From a virus, in IMG/VR virus record IMGVR_UViG_3300045125_000155: 43,105 nt of DNA; one strand, given 5' to 3'. The stretch's first letter is position 1. Every line of letters starts with the position of its first letter. Under the pieces are notes generated by a model that saw only the letters and a list, made by a program, of their open reading frames with translations, searched no databases and had not been told where the DNA came from. The position numbers and the translations under genes are program-made. Shown here one piece after another: positions 13,760 to 23,890 of the stretch.

Positions 13760-13832
13760 CAGGGCCGCCGGGATTCGAACCCGGAGGTACAGATTAGAAA
13801 TCTGTTCGTTTATCCAATTAACGGACGACCCT
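13760..13832 (-). tRNA. tRNA-Arg(TCT), intact
   Basis: AGGGTCG/CGGCCCT acceptor, CGTT/AACG D stem, ACAGA-TTTCTAA-TCTGT anticodon arm, CCGGG-TTCGAAT-CCCGG T arm. Confidence 0.92.
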
Positions 13833-13840
13833 AACTTTTC

Positions 13841-13875
13841 AAGGCTATCGCTCTGTCCAGTTGAGCTATCGGAGC
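13841..13875 (-). pseudogene. Orphan tRNA 5' half B (Arg-like), ends in the anticodon loop
   Basis: GCTCCGA TA GCTC AACTGGACA GAGC G ATAGC CTT then unrelated sequence. Confidence 0.75.
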
Positions 13876-13897
13876 AACATGTTCTCGACACTCTATT

Positions 13898-13933
13898 GAA
13901 GGCTGACGCTCTATCCAACTGAGCTACGAGGAC
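13898..13933 (-). pseudogene. Orphan tRNA 5' half A (Arg-like), ends in the anticodon loop
   Basis: GTCCTCG TA GCTC AGTTGGATA GAGC G TCAGC CTTC; acceptor strand complements the 3' half at 13305 except for one extra A. Confidence 0.8.
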
Positions 13934-13940
13934 ATGACAA

Positions 13941-13965
13941 ATCATAGGTGATGGCCAAATCACTT
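13941..13965 (-). promoter_or_regulatory. AAGTG-N14-TATGAT promoter for the tRNA locus
   Basis: AAGTG atttggccatcacc TATGAT, 7 nt upstream of tRNA half A. Confidence 0.6.
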
Positions 13966-13972
13966 GCTTGTC

Positions 13973-14754
13973 TTATCTTTTGAGATCAGGATAATCTGCT
14001 AGGACATTTTCTGGAACTGGCAAACCTGCTGCAAGTGCTTTTTCAATTTCTCTACGATGCGTTGTTGCTTCTCGATTTACTTCAACGCCACTAGGTGAGG
14101 CAGTAATCGGCGTTACGCCTAATTCCTGTAATTTTTGATCTCGTGCTGCTTTATAGGCTTCACTATAAGCAGTACTCCTAGTAGCTTCTCCAGCCTCACC
14201 GCTATCTATAACTCGATATACCTTATCTAACTGCGATTCTAGATGGGCTGGGCAATAAACATCTACAGTTTTTGGATTGTCTCTTGATAAAAGCGGCAGG
14301 ATCTAGTGCAAATTCAGATAATCTACCTAGATAATCGTAGCACTTACCTTCTTCATCTAAAACAACGTATTTTCTTGTTATGCCATGTTTGTACCAATAA
14401 AGTTTTTCTTTATAAAAAGTTTATTATTTTCTGGTTTACTATGATTATCAACAGGATACTTATTTTTGTAGTGCCAACTCATCCCATAGAATCAATGTAT
14501 CTCTTTCGAGCATGAACATGAATCCATCAGCCCAATTGAGGGGATTCATATCTTTGTCTATCCATTTAGGCAAACTATTGAGTGCTTTGTATAGTGGTTC
14601 CCAATATGGCTCGATGACGCCTGATTGTATGCCTTGCAACAAATTAGTAATTTGACGAAGCTTTTTGTTCTTCGCGCAAAAACTCATACTTTGTCATTTG
14701 CCAAGGTTCTTTTTTGATATTTGCAGTTTTATAGATATTAAAATAGTTATTCAT
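13973..14754 (-). CDS. Protein with N-terminal PWQMTxxEF and C-terminal H...ALxxGxPVPxxVLxDYPDL motifs (frameshifted)
   Basis: Manual translation: MNNYFNIYKTANIKKEPWQMTKYEFL ... HRREIEKALAAGLPVPENVLADYPDLKR*. Confidence 0.65.
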
Positions 14755-15011
14755 GTTGCACCTAAAGTAATTTACGCGCAAAAAATGAATTAACCTTTAA
14801 GGCTTAATTTCAAACTCTTTGCCATGAGTTTTGCTTCTTTATGTTTACTATTTACGGCAAGAGCCCTTTTGATACATTTGAGTGAACCATCGTATCAAAT
14901 TCACATGAAAAATTCCATCGTGCCGTTTTTTTGAAGCAGAACCAGCACCCACCAGCAAATGGTGAAACATTTTTATTATCTTGGGTTTTTGTCATAAATT
15001 ATTCCTACAAA

Positions 15012-15086
15012 TGACCCTGGAGGAATTCGAATCCTCGTCTTTACCGTGAAAGGGTAATGTCCTGGACCAGACTAGACGACAGGGCC
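15012..15086 (-). tRNA. tRNA-Glu(TTC)
   Basis: GGCCCTG/CAGGGTC acceptor, TTACC-CTTTCAC-GGTAA anticodon arm, GAGGA-TTCGAAT-TCCTC T arm. Confidence 0.92.
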
Positions 15087-15093
15087 GAAATTT

Positions 15094-15335
15094 TTATCAA
15101 CTTCTATCTGATTGGATTTGACATTGTTTCTGGTGAAACGTCAAGAGCTAGAGCAATGCTACGCAAGGAATTTGCACTTGGAGTGATTTCTGCATTCCAA
15201 ATTTTATATACATATTCCTCGCTGAGTCCAACTCATTACTGACAATTCAGCAAAAGAAATGTTTTTCTTCTCACAAATCTTTTTGATTTGCATAGAATAC
15301 CAAATCTTTTTCGACAAATCAGTTGTTTCTCCCAT
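15094..15335 (-). CDS. Small XRE-like HTH protein (frameshifted)
   Basis: RBS AGGAG + ATG; C-terminal WNAEITPSANSLRSIALALDVSPETM resembles an XRE HTH end. Confidence 0.45.
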
Positions 15336-15355
15336 ATTTTGCAACTCCTACATTC

Positions 15356-16340
15356 TTATCGTTTGACCCCTGCGGTCCTCTGAAACAATTCACTTACAGA
15401 CAAATTGTTATGAACTCTATAGATTGCTTCTGCCAGCAATTTTCCCACACAAAGATTTGTGAACTTATCATAGATCTTTGATAAATCTGCTGCACTATAA
15501 ATTGTATTCGTGGTAATAACTTGTTCTATAGGGCTTTTATAAGTTTATCAATTGCATGACCGCAGAAAATTCCATGTGTAGCCGCTACAATAACTCTATT
15601 AGCACCTTCATGCATCACTAAATCACTAGCTTCACACATTGTGCCTGCTGTACTTATCATATCATCAAACATCAATACGGTCTTGTTTCTCACATCGCCT
15701 ATGATTCTCTTGTCGGTAATTACTTTGCTGCCACTAATTCTTTTTTTATTGATGATTGCCAAATCACCATCAAGCATATTAGCCATAGCTTCTGCAACTT
15801 TTACATTACCAACATCAGGAGATACCAAACATAAATCACCTAGCTGGCTACGGCAAGTGTCAAAATAATCAAGGAATACTGGAGTCGCGCTAAGGTGATC
15901 AAGAGGAATGTCAAAAAATCCCTGTATCTGTGCAGCATGTAAATCTATTGTGATAATTCTATCTGCACCAGCTGTTGTTAGCAAGTTTGCAACCAACTTT
16001 GCCGTGATTGGCACACGGCCTTTGTCTTTGCGATCTTGTCTAGCATAACCAAAGTAAGGGATCACAGGAATGATCTTCAAGCCGCTTGATCTTTTCAAGC
16101 AATCAATAAAAATCATCAATTCCATTAGATTTTCATTTGCGGGAGAACAAGTAGAAAGAACGATATAGCACTCTTTACCCCTAACATCCTCATCTAATCT
16201 AACTATGATTTCGCTGTCAGGGAAGAAATCAGTTTCAGCTTTTCCTGTAAAATTTCAAGATGATTGCAGATTGTTTGCGTGAGATTCTTGTTGTTATAAC
16301 CAGAGAATATCTTTATTTTATTGGGGCTTATATTTTTCAT
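15356..16340 (-). CDS. prs: Ribose-phosphate pyrophosphokinase (frameshifted)
   Basis: FPDSE, IPYFGYARQDRKDKGRVPITAKLVANLL, DLHAAQIQGFF, VSPDVG, FDDMISTAGT, ATHGIF. Confidence 0.95.
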
Positions 16341-16969
16341 GATACCTTCTGTTCAAAATGTTTGCGTACAATTTTAGATGCTCTGAATAATCTGCTCTTC
16401 AACGTGCCAAGAGGAATATTTAATGCGATGCTACACTGTTCCATCGAAAGATTTTTATAGTAATGCAAATACAAAAATAAATGCATATCAGAAAAGCTTC
16501 TAGCACAAATTTTATCTACTACTGAAGCTTTCTCATGTGCATCTAGATCGTCAATAAGAGTGCTTACAAAGGTTGGAACACTATGATTATCGTCGATTGA
16601 TTTTTGCAGACCAATCTTTCTATATTTTTTCCGTAAATAATCCAGAAACTCTTGTTTTGCAATCAAACAAAACCACGATGAAAAAGATGATTTGCTTTTG
16701 TCGAAACAATCACTTTTCAAGACTTTCAGAAATGCATTCTGTACAAGGTCTTCAATCTCAGTATGATCTAATCTTTTAGAATATTTGTTGTTGATAATTG
16801 CAGAACATACATCAAGAAGAATTTTAGATGATGATTCACAACCAGAAACTGATTTTTCATACACATCAGATAGGTCTTCCCTATGAGAGCTATGCATGTT
16901 GAGCTTCATGTGCATACAGTAATTCTGCCTGTCAAAAACCAAACTTATTATAGAAGTCTTTCTATGCAA
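16337..16969 (-). CDS. ECF-type sigma-70 factor (true start probably downstream of 16969)
   Basis: EDLVQNAFLKV...FSSWFCLIAKQEFLDYLRK (region 2); LNIPLGTLKSRLFRASK (region 4). Confidence 0.88.
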   Translation of the reverse strand: MHRKTSIISLVFDRQNYCMHMKLNMHSSHREDLSDVYEKSVSGCESSSKILLDVCSAIINNKYSKRLDHTEIEDLVQNAFLKVLKSDCFDKSKSSFSSWFCLIAKQEFLDYLRKKYRKIGLQKSIDDNHSVPTFVSTLIDDLDAHEKASVVDKICARSFSDMHLFLYLHYYKNLSMEQCSIALNIPLGTLKSRLFRASKIVRKHFEQKVS

Positions 16970-16992
16970 GTATAGCAGCCTTTAAAGCACTT
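16969..16992 (-). promoter_or_regulatory. TTGCAAGTG-N13-TATACT promoter
   Basis: AAGTG ctttaaaggctgc TATACT upstream of the sigma gene. Confidence 0.55.
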
Positions 16993-17015
16993 GCAAGCTT
17001 CTAGTGCTAATTAAA

Positions 17016-17345
17016 TTAAGAAAAATCGTCAGGTTCTTCTTGAGTAAATGCTGCGAAATCTTCATCTTTAAAATAACCTGTTTGAAGACCCATACTTACG
17101 AGAGCACAGAAGTTTTTCTTAGCTTCAATCTGATTTTCACACAGGAAAATAATTCCTTTTGCCTTGATTCCTTTTGGGAAATTTTCAACGCACTGCAGAT
17201 ATATTTCCTCCACAGAATCACCATCGTATGTCACTACTTGATTTTTACTTATTACAAATTTACATATAATTTTTGCAATCCTAGGCAAAAAATACACCTC
17301 GAAATCGTGAGTTTCACGTTTCATATAATTAACACATTTCATCAA
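17016..17345 (-). CDS. Hypothetical protein, paralogue of 17329-17823
   Basis: DGDSVEEIYLQCVENFPKGIK vs EGTSVLQIFFELQTRFPEGIK. Confidence 0.65.
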   Translation of the reverse strand: MMKCVNYMKRETHDFEVYFLPRIAKIICKFVISKNQVVTYDGDSVEEIYLQCVENFPKGIKAKGIIFLCENQIEAKKNFCALVSMGLQTGYFKDEDFAAFTQEEPDDFS

Positions 17346-17823
17346 AACCTAAATCTTCTTCCATGAAGCTCTTTTCACATGACTTGTAAATTGAATCATA
17401 AAGTATCGCAGGTATTTCGACTAAATATCTTTGACCTTCCATCTCGACTATTACAGATCTTTTTTTATCATCTAAACTTATAACAGAAGTGACGCTTGGC
17501 CATTTTATGTTTGTCATAGAAATTGGGAATGGGCAAGAAATTGTTTCGAGTATTTTTTCTGAGTGTGTTTGTATCATATACCAAACCTTTTTTGCTATAT
17601 TATAAAATCTTTTGACGTAAGCCAATCTTTCGTCATGTGTTTCGCCGGAAAAACCTACAAATTCGAATTTTATACCTTCTGGGAATCTAGTTTGCAATTC
17701 GAAAAATATTTGCAACACTGAAGTTCCTTCGATAGTAATACTATCTTTATTTCGTAAATAAAATGTTGCTTGCAGTAGCTTCATACAATCAATCATCGAC
17801 TGCTGTTTATGACGTCGATGCAA
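17329..17823 (-). CDS. Hypothetical protein
   Basis: 164-aa ORF in operon orientation. Confidence 0.65.
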   Translation of the reverse strand: MHRRHKQQSMIDCMKLLQATFYLRNKDSITIEGTSVLQIFFELQTRFPEGIKFEFVGFSGETHDERLAYVKRFYNIAKKVWYMIQTHSEKILETISCPFPISMTNIKWPSVTSVISLDDKKRSVIVEMEGQRYLVEIPAILYDSIYKSCEKSFMEEDLGFDEMC

Positions 17824-17828
17824 AACAT

Positions 17829-17858
17829 AAAAAAAACGGAACCATTTTCATGATTCCG
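17829..17858 (-). terminator. Intrinsic terminator after the porin gene
   Basis: CGGAATCAT-GAAA-ATGGTTCCG followed by a run of T. Confidence 0.85.
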
Positions 17859-17876
17859 CTTTTAATAAAATTTAGA

Positions 17877-18972
17877 TCAGAAAAGAACTTGGAATTGAGC
17901 AACCAAGGAGGTTTCGCCATCCTCAGTAGTGCTAACCAAAGCGTTTTCGCTAAGCCCATTCATATCGCTGATATCCTGCGTTGCCTCAAACGCATAGACA
18001 GCATCAACAGTAAACTTAGCAGCCTGACCATAAAGATAATAATTGACGCCCAGAGTAGCAAAGTTGTAGGTATCATTCGACAAGCGCCCTATCGGTATCA
18101 GGCATGATAGCTTCAAAACGAGCAAAAGGCTCGAAATTATTCATGCGATATGCAACTTGTCCGATAGCACCAAAATCATCAAAAGTTTCAATACCGTCAA
18201 CGTTGCGACCAACACCAGCAGCGTAGAAACTCCAGTCACTGACCTTCCAATTAACGTCAGCGGTGTAGGTGTACATCTTATCGAAGGCACTGTTCTCGTC
18301 CTGGTAATGGCCAGCCAAACCAAACATCAGGCCATTTGATGAGCCGTCTGAAGTAAACTCCGTAAAATTGGCGAGTTTACCTGAAGCTGCAAAATCCAAA
18401 CGAGCAGTCATAGCAAAATCACTCTCGCTGGGATCGTCAAAATTAGTATTAGCAGAATTGAATCCATCTGACATAGCTACACGGAAGCGAAGTGTATCAT
18501 TTCCGCAGCCAAACTGTACACCCTGCGAATAACCCTGACCAAAAATGTTAGAAAATGCAGAAGTCTGAGCGGCCATCTGCATCTCTTCACCTATATTTTG
18601 CTCAAACAAGAATGGTAAGCGAAACTGACCAAGCTGAACGCGAGCATGATCAGAAAAGCTTACTCCAGCGTAGGCATCGGCAAGGCTAAACTTCTCAGTG
18701 CTGGACTCGAATGCGCCCTTGACCTTGAAATCAATGTCCTTGTTAAGATTACCAGCCATGTAAATACGTGCGAGAGGAACACTAAAGCCATTCTCGTTAC
18801 TGTTGGAGACATCATCTAAATTCGCTCCATAAGTGTAGCGGAATTGCAAGGCCCCGCCAAAATGAACCTTAGCTTCCTCACACTTCAATGCCGAAGTAGC
18901 ACAATCGCTGCTCTGAGCAAAAGCAGTGCCGCAAGCCAACAAAACAGAAACAATAAAACTATTCTTCATCAT
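17877..18972 (-). CDS. Outer-membrane porin, OprO/P (phosphate-selective)-like (one frameshift)
   Basis: Signal peptide; GALQFRY, LADAY, GQFRLPFLFE, GYSQGVQ; C-terminal VAQFQVLF beta-signal. Confidence 0.8.
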
Positions 18973-19278
18973 AAAACTTTCCTTTTTGAAGCAACAATTA
19001 TCAAAGCTGTTTTTCTGCTTCTAAAAACAACTAACCAATTTTATCTCTTATCGTACATAGAGTTGATCAATCTTGATCTGTTCACTTTTGAGATAAAATT
19101 AAAATGACCACGTTGGTCGTAATAGAAACATATCGGCAAGACGCACTGAAATCCTTTATTTATATTTTACCGTAATTTAAGTCTATACATGCAAAAATAT
19201 ATCAAAATCAATTTAAGATATAAATAAATGCATTTAAATGCGTTTTGCTTAAAAAGTTTAGATAACTATTTTTTACGC

Positions 19279-19471
19279 TTATTTTTTGAAGGGTCGTGCT
19301 GAAATACTGTTTCGCTAGTTTCGAGACATAGCTTTATGTATGGCAAGCACATTCCACATGCAGAACCGCATTCAGTTTTTTAATTACTTCTTCATATGAA
19401 AGCGAATTATTTCTCGCTAGTGCGAGAATTTGTTCAAAAGTGGTATTAAAGCACACGCATCGATTTATCAT
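19279..19471 (-). CDS. BFD-like [2Fe-2S] ferredoxin (absent from the ORF track; one indel)
   Basis: MINRCVCFNTTF...TECGSACGMCLPYIK: CxC...CGxxCGxC pattern. Confidence 0.75.
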
Positions 19472-19621
19472 AAAACGTTTTACCATTTTTGTTTGCTTTT
19501 TCCTTTACAGGTTCGCAGGGAACATTTGTTATTTTGTGGTACTGTTTGTTATGAAGATGAATTTAGAAAACATCAAACATCATAAAACAGGCACAAAGTA
19601 TTTAAATTCTGTAAAGAGTCT

Positions 19622-20218
19622 TTGGCAGATAATAATTCATCTTTACAAAAATACTTAAGTTTGAGTTTGTTGAAAACTCTTCCGTCGCCTCCCAAAAATG
19701 ATGATCCGATTGTGCTGAATGAATTGCAATTCATAATTGATTCGATGCGTGATGCAACAGATGAACAAGTAAAATTCGCAAAGAATGTGCATGCTCTTGA
19801 TAATTTTTATAAGTTGTGGAGCATTTTTGCAAGTAATTTGACACAAAAACGTTACGATTCTGAATTTTTTGAGCAAATTTCACAGCAAACTGATGGTTTA
19901 ATTAACTATATTAAATTACACTTTCTGCGACCTCGACCTTATGTGCTTGCTAAATTTTTACATATGCCTTATAAGATGCATGCAGATAAGCGGTTTACAA
20001 CAGGGAGCTATCCTTCTGGCCATAGTTGCGAGGCCTATCTTTTTGCAGACATCGTAGGTATGAACCATCCAGAACAGGCTCCTATATTACAAAAATTTGC
20101 CGACAAAATGGCAAATTCAAGAATAATAGCTGGCGTACACTTCCCTACAGATATTCTAGGTGGCAAGAAATTGGCAAAACAAATCATTTTGCACAATCTT
20201 TGCAAGTACAATTTTTGA
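19622..20218 (+). CDS. PAP2-family acid phosphatase
   Basis: KLHFLRPRP, SYPSGHS, SRIIAGVHFPTD. Confidence 0.9.
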   Translation: MADNNSSLQKYLSLSLLKTLPSPPKNDDPIVLNELQFIIDSMRDATDEQVKFAKNVHALDNFYKLWSIFASNLTQKRYDSEFFEQISQQTDGLINYIKLHFLRPRPYVLAKFLHMPYKMHADKRFTTGSYPSGHSCEAYLFADIVGMNHPEQAPILQKFADKMANSRIIAGVHFPTDILGGKKLAKQIILHNLCKYNF

Positions 20219-20261
20219 CTTTTGCATGTTTTTGATAAGAAGCAGAAACGGCAAATCTACT

Positions 20262-20483
20262 CTACAAGTTAGATATGTCTTTTGCAGAAACATCCTTGTA
20301 CTGAAAACAATCAATAGTTTTATTTACTTGAAAATTTGCTAAAGATGGCATATGATTGCAACTTCTTTTGCAGTCAATCGCCAATTTGTGGCCATAGATC
20401 ACCTCAATTTTATCTGCTGGTTTTTTCTTTCCAATCAATCTTTTTCTTAGGTTTATATTTCTTAAATATAAATCTTCTCTCAT
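20262..20483 (-). CDS. Hypothetical protein
   Basis: 73-aa ORF. Confidence 0.45.
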   Translation of the reverse strand: MREDLYLRNINLRKRLIGKKKPADKIEVIYGHKLAIDCKRSCNHMPSLANFQVNKTIDCFQYKDVSAKDISNL

Positions 20484-20554
20484 TCTTTTGATCGTTATGA
20501 TTCTGCGTTGCTGTTTTGATATTCGTTTTCATATTTTTTACACACATTCTTTCG

Positions 20555-20737
20555 CTAAGAGACATAGAGCGGCTTCTTTAGACATGCCAGCTCTAGCGAT
20601 AGAGCATCATCGCGCATCTTGAAGGCAACCTTGGCTTTGCTGCCTACCACGCTTAAAATTTTGATGCTGCCAATCTCGATGCCTTCCTTGGTATAAAACG
20701 TCGTGCCTTCGTTAGTATTCATCGTAAGAACAAGCAT
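20555..20737 (-). CDS. CsrA-like carbon storage regulator
   Basis: MLVLTMNTNEG...IKILSVVGSKAKVAF resembles the CsrA N-terminus; RBS AAGGA. Confidence 0.65.
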   Translation of the reverse strand: MLVLTMNTNEGTTFYTKEGIEIGSIKILSVVGSKAKVAFKMRDDALSLELACLKKPLYVS

Positions 20738-20943
20738 TCTGTTTCGTCCTTTCACTTGTGAGTTTTGATTTTGTGAATTGTGAAAATTGTCACTGCTAAA
20801 GCAAACGCATAAAGACACCAAATATCAAAAACAAAACCGACACCTATCAAGAAGATACAAACAAATACCATGAGCATAGCGAAAATAATGTTGTCGAGAA
20901 GAATAGTAAAATCTCTCATAAACTTCCTTGTTTATTTATATTT

Positions 20944-21240
20944 TTAATGCGATTTTTTTTGCAATTCGTAATAAGATTCGGCAATATCAGTTTTGATAAT
21001 AGTCAAATCTTCGCCAAGATTTTTATGAATATCTTGTGTGATTTTATCGGCAATAGATCTCAACAGCGCAACAATGTGAACAAGATGGTTATATTGATCT
21101 TGTTCTGATGTACCTAAAAATTCATCACTAATACTTACTGCATAATCTATAGAAACATTCTCTCTTGCAAAAACTAAACATGCAAGCTTATCTTTTCCAC
21201 AAAATTCTTCAGCTTTGTCTTGTAAAATTTCGTAACCCAT
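20944..21240 (-). CDS. Hypothetical protein
   Basis: ORF with RBS before MGYEILQ and an upstream promoter motif. Confidence 0.6.
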   Translation of the reverse strand: MGYEILQDKAEEFCGKDKLACLVFARENVSIDYAVSISDEFLGTSEQDQYNHLVHIVALLRSIADKITQDIHKNLGEDLTIIKTDIAESYYELQKKSH

Positions 21241-21307
21241 TGTAGATTCCTTCCTTGAACATCCGTAAAAAAACATGCAACATGAATAATGCTGCATGTT
21301 CTCAAGA

Positions 21308-21331
21308 ATTATAGGGTTGAAAAAAGCACTT
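21308..21331 (-). promoter_or_regulatory. TTGAAAGTG-N13-TATAAT promoter
   Basis: AAGTG cttttttcaaccc TATAAT (spacer contains a homopolymer). Confidence 0.6.
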
Positions 21332-21339
21332 TCAAGTTT

Positions 21340-22376
21340 TTAAACGGAACAAACTGTTTCCATAAGAACTCGGCAAGCTTCATAGGGATCCACGTTAGCA
21401 GCTGGTCTACGATCTTCAAGATATCCTTTGCCAGCCTGTAGAACACCGGGAGGTATACGTATGCTTACGCCACGATCCGCCTCTCCGTAACGGAATTGGT
21501 TAATGCTACAGGTTTCATGCTTGCCAGTGAGTCTCTCGTGATTGCACTTTCCATATACTGCAAGATGTTTATCTATATTCTTTTCTAAAGCGCCGCATAT
21601 CTCTGCAACTCTAGCGGCATCAAGATGCTCTCGCATAGACTTAGTACTAAAATTTATATGACAGCCTGTGCCATTCCAGTCGCCCTTTACAGGCTTGGGA
21701 TCAAGCTTTATAGTTGCCTCAAAATCCTCTGCCAATCTATTGAGAATAAACCTGGAAATCCAAAGTTGATCAGAAACCTCCAAAGCGTTCAATGGGCCGA
21801 TCTGGAATTCCCATTGTGAAGGCATAACTTCGGCATTAGTGCCACCAATTTCAATATGAGCTTTCAAACAGGCAAGCATATGATTTTCGCTGATTTTGCG
21901 GCCCCAAGCAACATCCGAACCCACTCCACAATAATACCTACCCTGCGGTGCTGGGAATCCTTGTGTTGGCCACATATAAGGATTTTCTCCATACTTATCA
22001 TAAATAGCATATTCTTGTTCAAGAGCAAACCACATCTCATGATGAGTATTTCGATCATAAACCTTCTCGCAGGAGGGCGCGAGTATTAGATGAGTGCGGA
22101 GTCTTATCTGCGTTCATTACTTCACACATTACTATATAAGCATCAGAATCATTTATAAGAGGATGACGAACAAAATAAACTGGCTTTAATATACAATCGC
22201 TTTTGTTTCCTCTCGCTTGCATAGTGCTTGAGCCATCAAAACTCCAATCTGGCATATCAGATAGACCTGTTATAGACTTCGATACAATTTTAATTTTACT
22301 GCGAATATTTGCAACATAATCAGGGTGCTCACTATTATGCATAACCGTCCATCCAAATATACTCTAGTATTGCCAT
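21340..22376 (-). CDS. glnII: Glutamine synthetase type II (frameshifted)
   Basis: LEYIWMDG, WSFDGSST, EQEY, PQGRYYCGVG, NAEVMPSQWEFQIGP, GDWNGTGCHINFST, RLTGKHET, GYLEDRRPAANVDPY. Confidence 0.93.
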
Positions 22377-22435
22377 GATATACTCCTTTAAAAGTTAAGT
22401 ATATAACGACAAAACTTCATCTATTTCTTAATTAG

Positions 22436-22774
22436 TCACTTTATCTGATCATGAATACGTTGTGGTGCACGTATAATTAAATTTCCATGCCAATATTGAA
22501 TTGAGGCTTGATCGTACCAAATGTCAGGCTCAATATTTGCCTTTATAATTCCTATGATTGTATTATAATCTTTTTGCGCGATAAATTTAGAATTGTTGCT
22601 ATTTTTGAATGTCGAAGACTGCTGTCTCAATGCATTTTCTAAACTCAACTCAGGCGAATTATTGTAATTTTGAAGAACAATCTCAAGATCTTGTATGTTA
22701 TAGATTTTAGTGACAATTTCATCTTTGGGTGAATCAAAAAATATACAAAATACTATGTAAATTAATTTAAGCAT
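22436..22774 (-). CDS. Small secreted protein resembling the N-domain repeat of planctomycete secretin-like proteins
   Basis: TKIYNIQDL...IEPDIW...SIQYWHGNLIIRAPQRIHDQI. Confidence 0.55.
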   Translation of the reverse strand: MLKLIYIVFCIFFDSPKDEIVTKIYNIQDLEIVLQNYNNSPELSLENALRQQSSTFKNSNNSKFIAQKDYNTIIGIIKANIEPDIWYDQASIQYWHGNLIIRAPQRIHDQIK

Positions 22775-22780
22775 TTTCCC

Positions 22781-23071
22781 TCAACATTGTAAATTTGAGT
22801 AATCATCTGGATCTGGAGGCGGTGGCAAATCTTCTGATCTAAAAAATGGAGCATAGTCACCTTGACTAGCTAACCAGTTGTAATATCTATATTTAGCATT
22901 ATAATCTGACCAGCAATTTGTAGCAATTAATTTATCAGCAAGTATTTGAGAAAAAGATCGCAATCCCGTAGCTTGCCAACTTGATAGAGGAGTTCCATAT
23001 TTTGGAAAACAATAAGATGGCAAACCATAGAATACTTGCATGAAGATCCTTTTAACATAAGGCTGAATCAA
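22781..23071 (-). CDS. Hypothetical protein
   Basis: 96-aa ORF. Confidence 0.5.
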   Translation of the reverse strand: MIQPYVKRIFMQVFYGLPSYCFPKYGTPLSSWQATGLRSFSQILADKLIATNCWSDYNAKYRYYNWLASQGDYAPFFRSEDLPPPPDPDDYSNLQC

Positions 23072-23136
23072 CTATTAAACAATATAGTAATAAAAAAATA
23101 TCCTTCTAAGGATATCTTTCAAACACAGATCGATTG

Positions 23137-23855
23137 TTACACTTTACAAATCCATCTAGGCCATTGCCAGTGATCTGGATATGATGGAGTGCTTGGAAAA
23201 TCTATAGGTTTGTAAGGTTGGTAAAAATTGTCTTTTTGGCAGCAGCTTTGCACGGTGATTGGGTGCGTCGTGCCGCATTTTGGACAAATCCATGCTGGGA
23301 TATATTGATATTTATCTTTTTCATTTTGATTATCGTTCATTTTTACCTTTATTGTATTAATATATTTACGCACCTGCACTATCAAGTTACAAATATCATA
23401 CTTATAATAATCGTAATAACCTGCACTCGTGTTTCCTACAATGATTACATCTGGAAACAAAGACTTGTCTGTACCTTGATATTCGGCCATCAAATATATA
23501 TCATCTTCTCTCAATTTCCAATATCTTGGCAACAGAGATTTGATATACTCGACTTCCGGCTTGATCGGGTGTTCATATATTTTAGATTTCAAGAAAAGAT
23601 AAGTCCACGTATTATCATCATTCTTGTACCAACCCAAATCTTTGGCAAGATAATCTCTGTCCTCATCAAATTTTTGAGTTTTACGTTCGTTTTCTTCCTG
23701 AAAACGCTTAATTTTATCAGCGCTCTCTTGCTTCTGCAAGAGTCGCATGTGTAATCAGAATTCATAGGATATTCGCAGACAATATCCTTGTAAACCTTTT
23801 GACAGTAATAACAAATTTTATCTTCGCAATAAAGTTTAGGGTTTCCATTGAACAT
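23137..23855 (-). CDS. Hypothetical protein(s) with CxxC motifs (frameshifted; possibly two genes)
   Basis: CYYC, CDSC, WICPKCG. Confidence 0.55.
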
Positions 23856-23890
23856 AGATTTCTCCTTAAACGATTATCGCCAAAACCTGC

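Noticed and set aside
13348-13897. Group I intron in tRNA-Arg
   Set aside because: The interval is filled by an HNH ORF, a complete tRNA and another half tRNA; no P7/R-S core or terminal G context was found
13895-13933. Opal suppressor or Sec tRNA (CT-TCA-AT loop in half A)
   Set aside because: No 3' anticodon stem or T arm follows; TCA arises from the junction with inserted sequence
19279-19471. Structured RNA in the apparent intergenic gap (TTCTCGC-TAGT-GCGAGAA hairpin)
   Set aside because: The region is explained by a frameshifted BFD-like ferredoxin CDS
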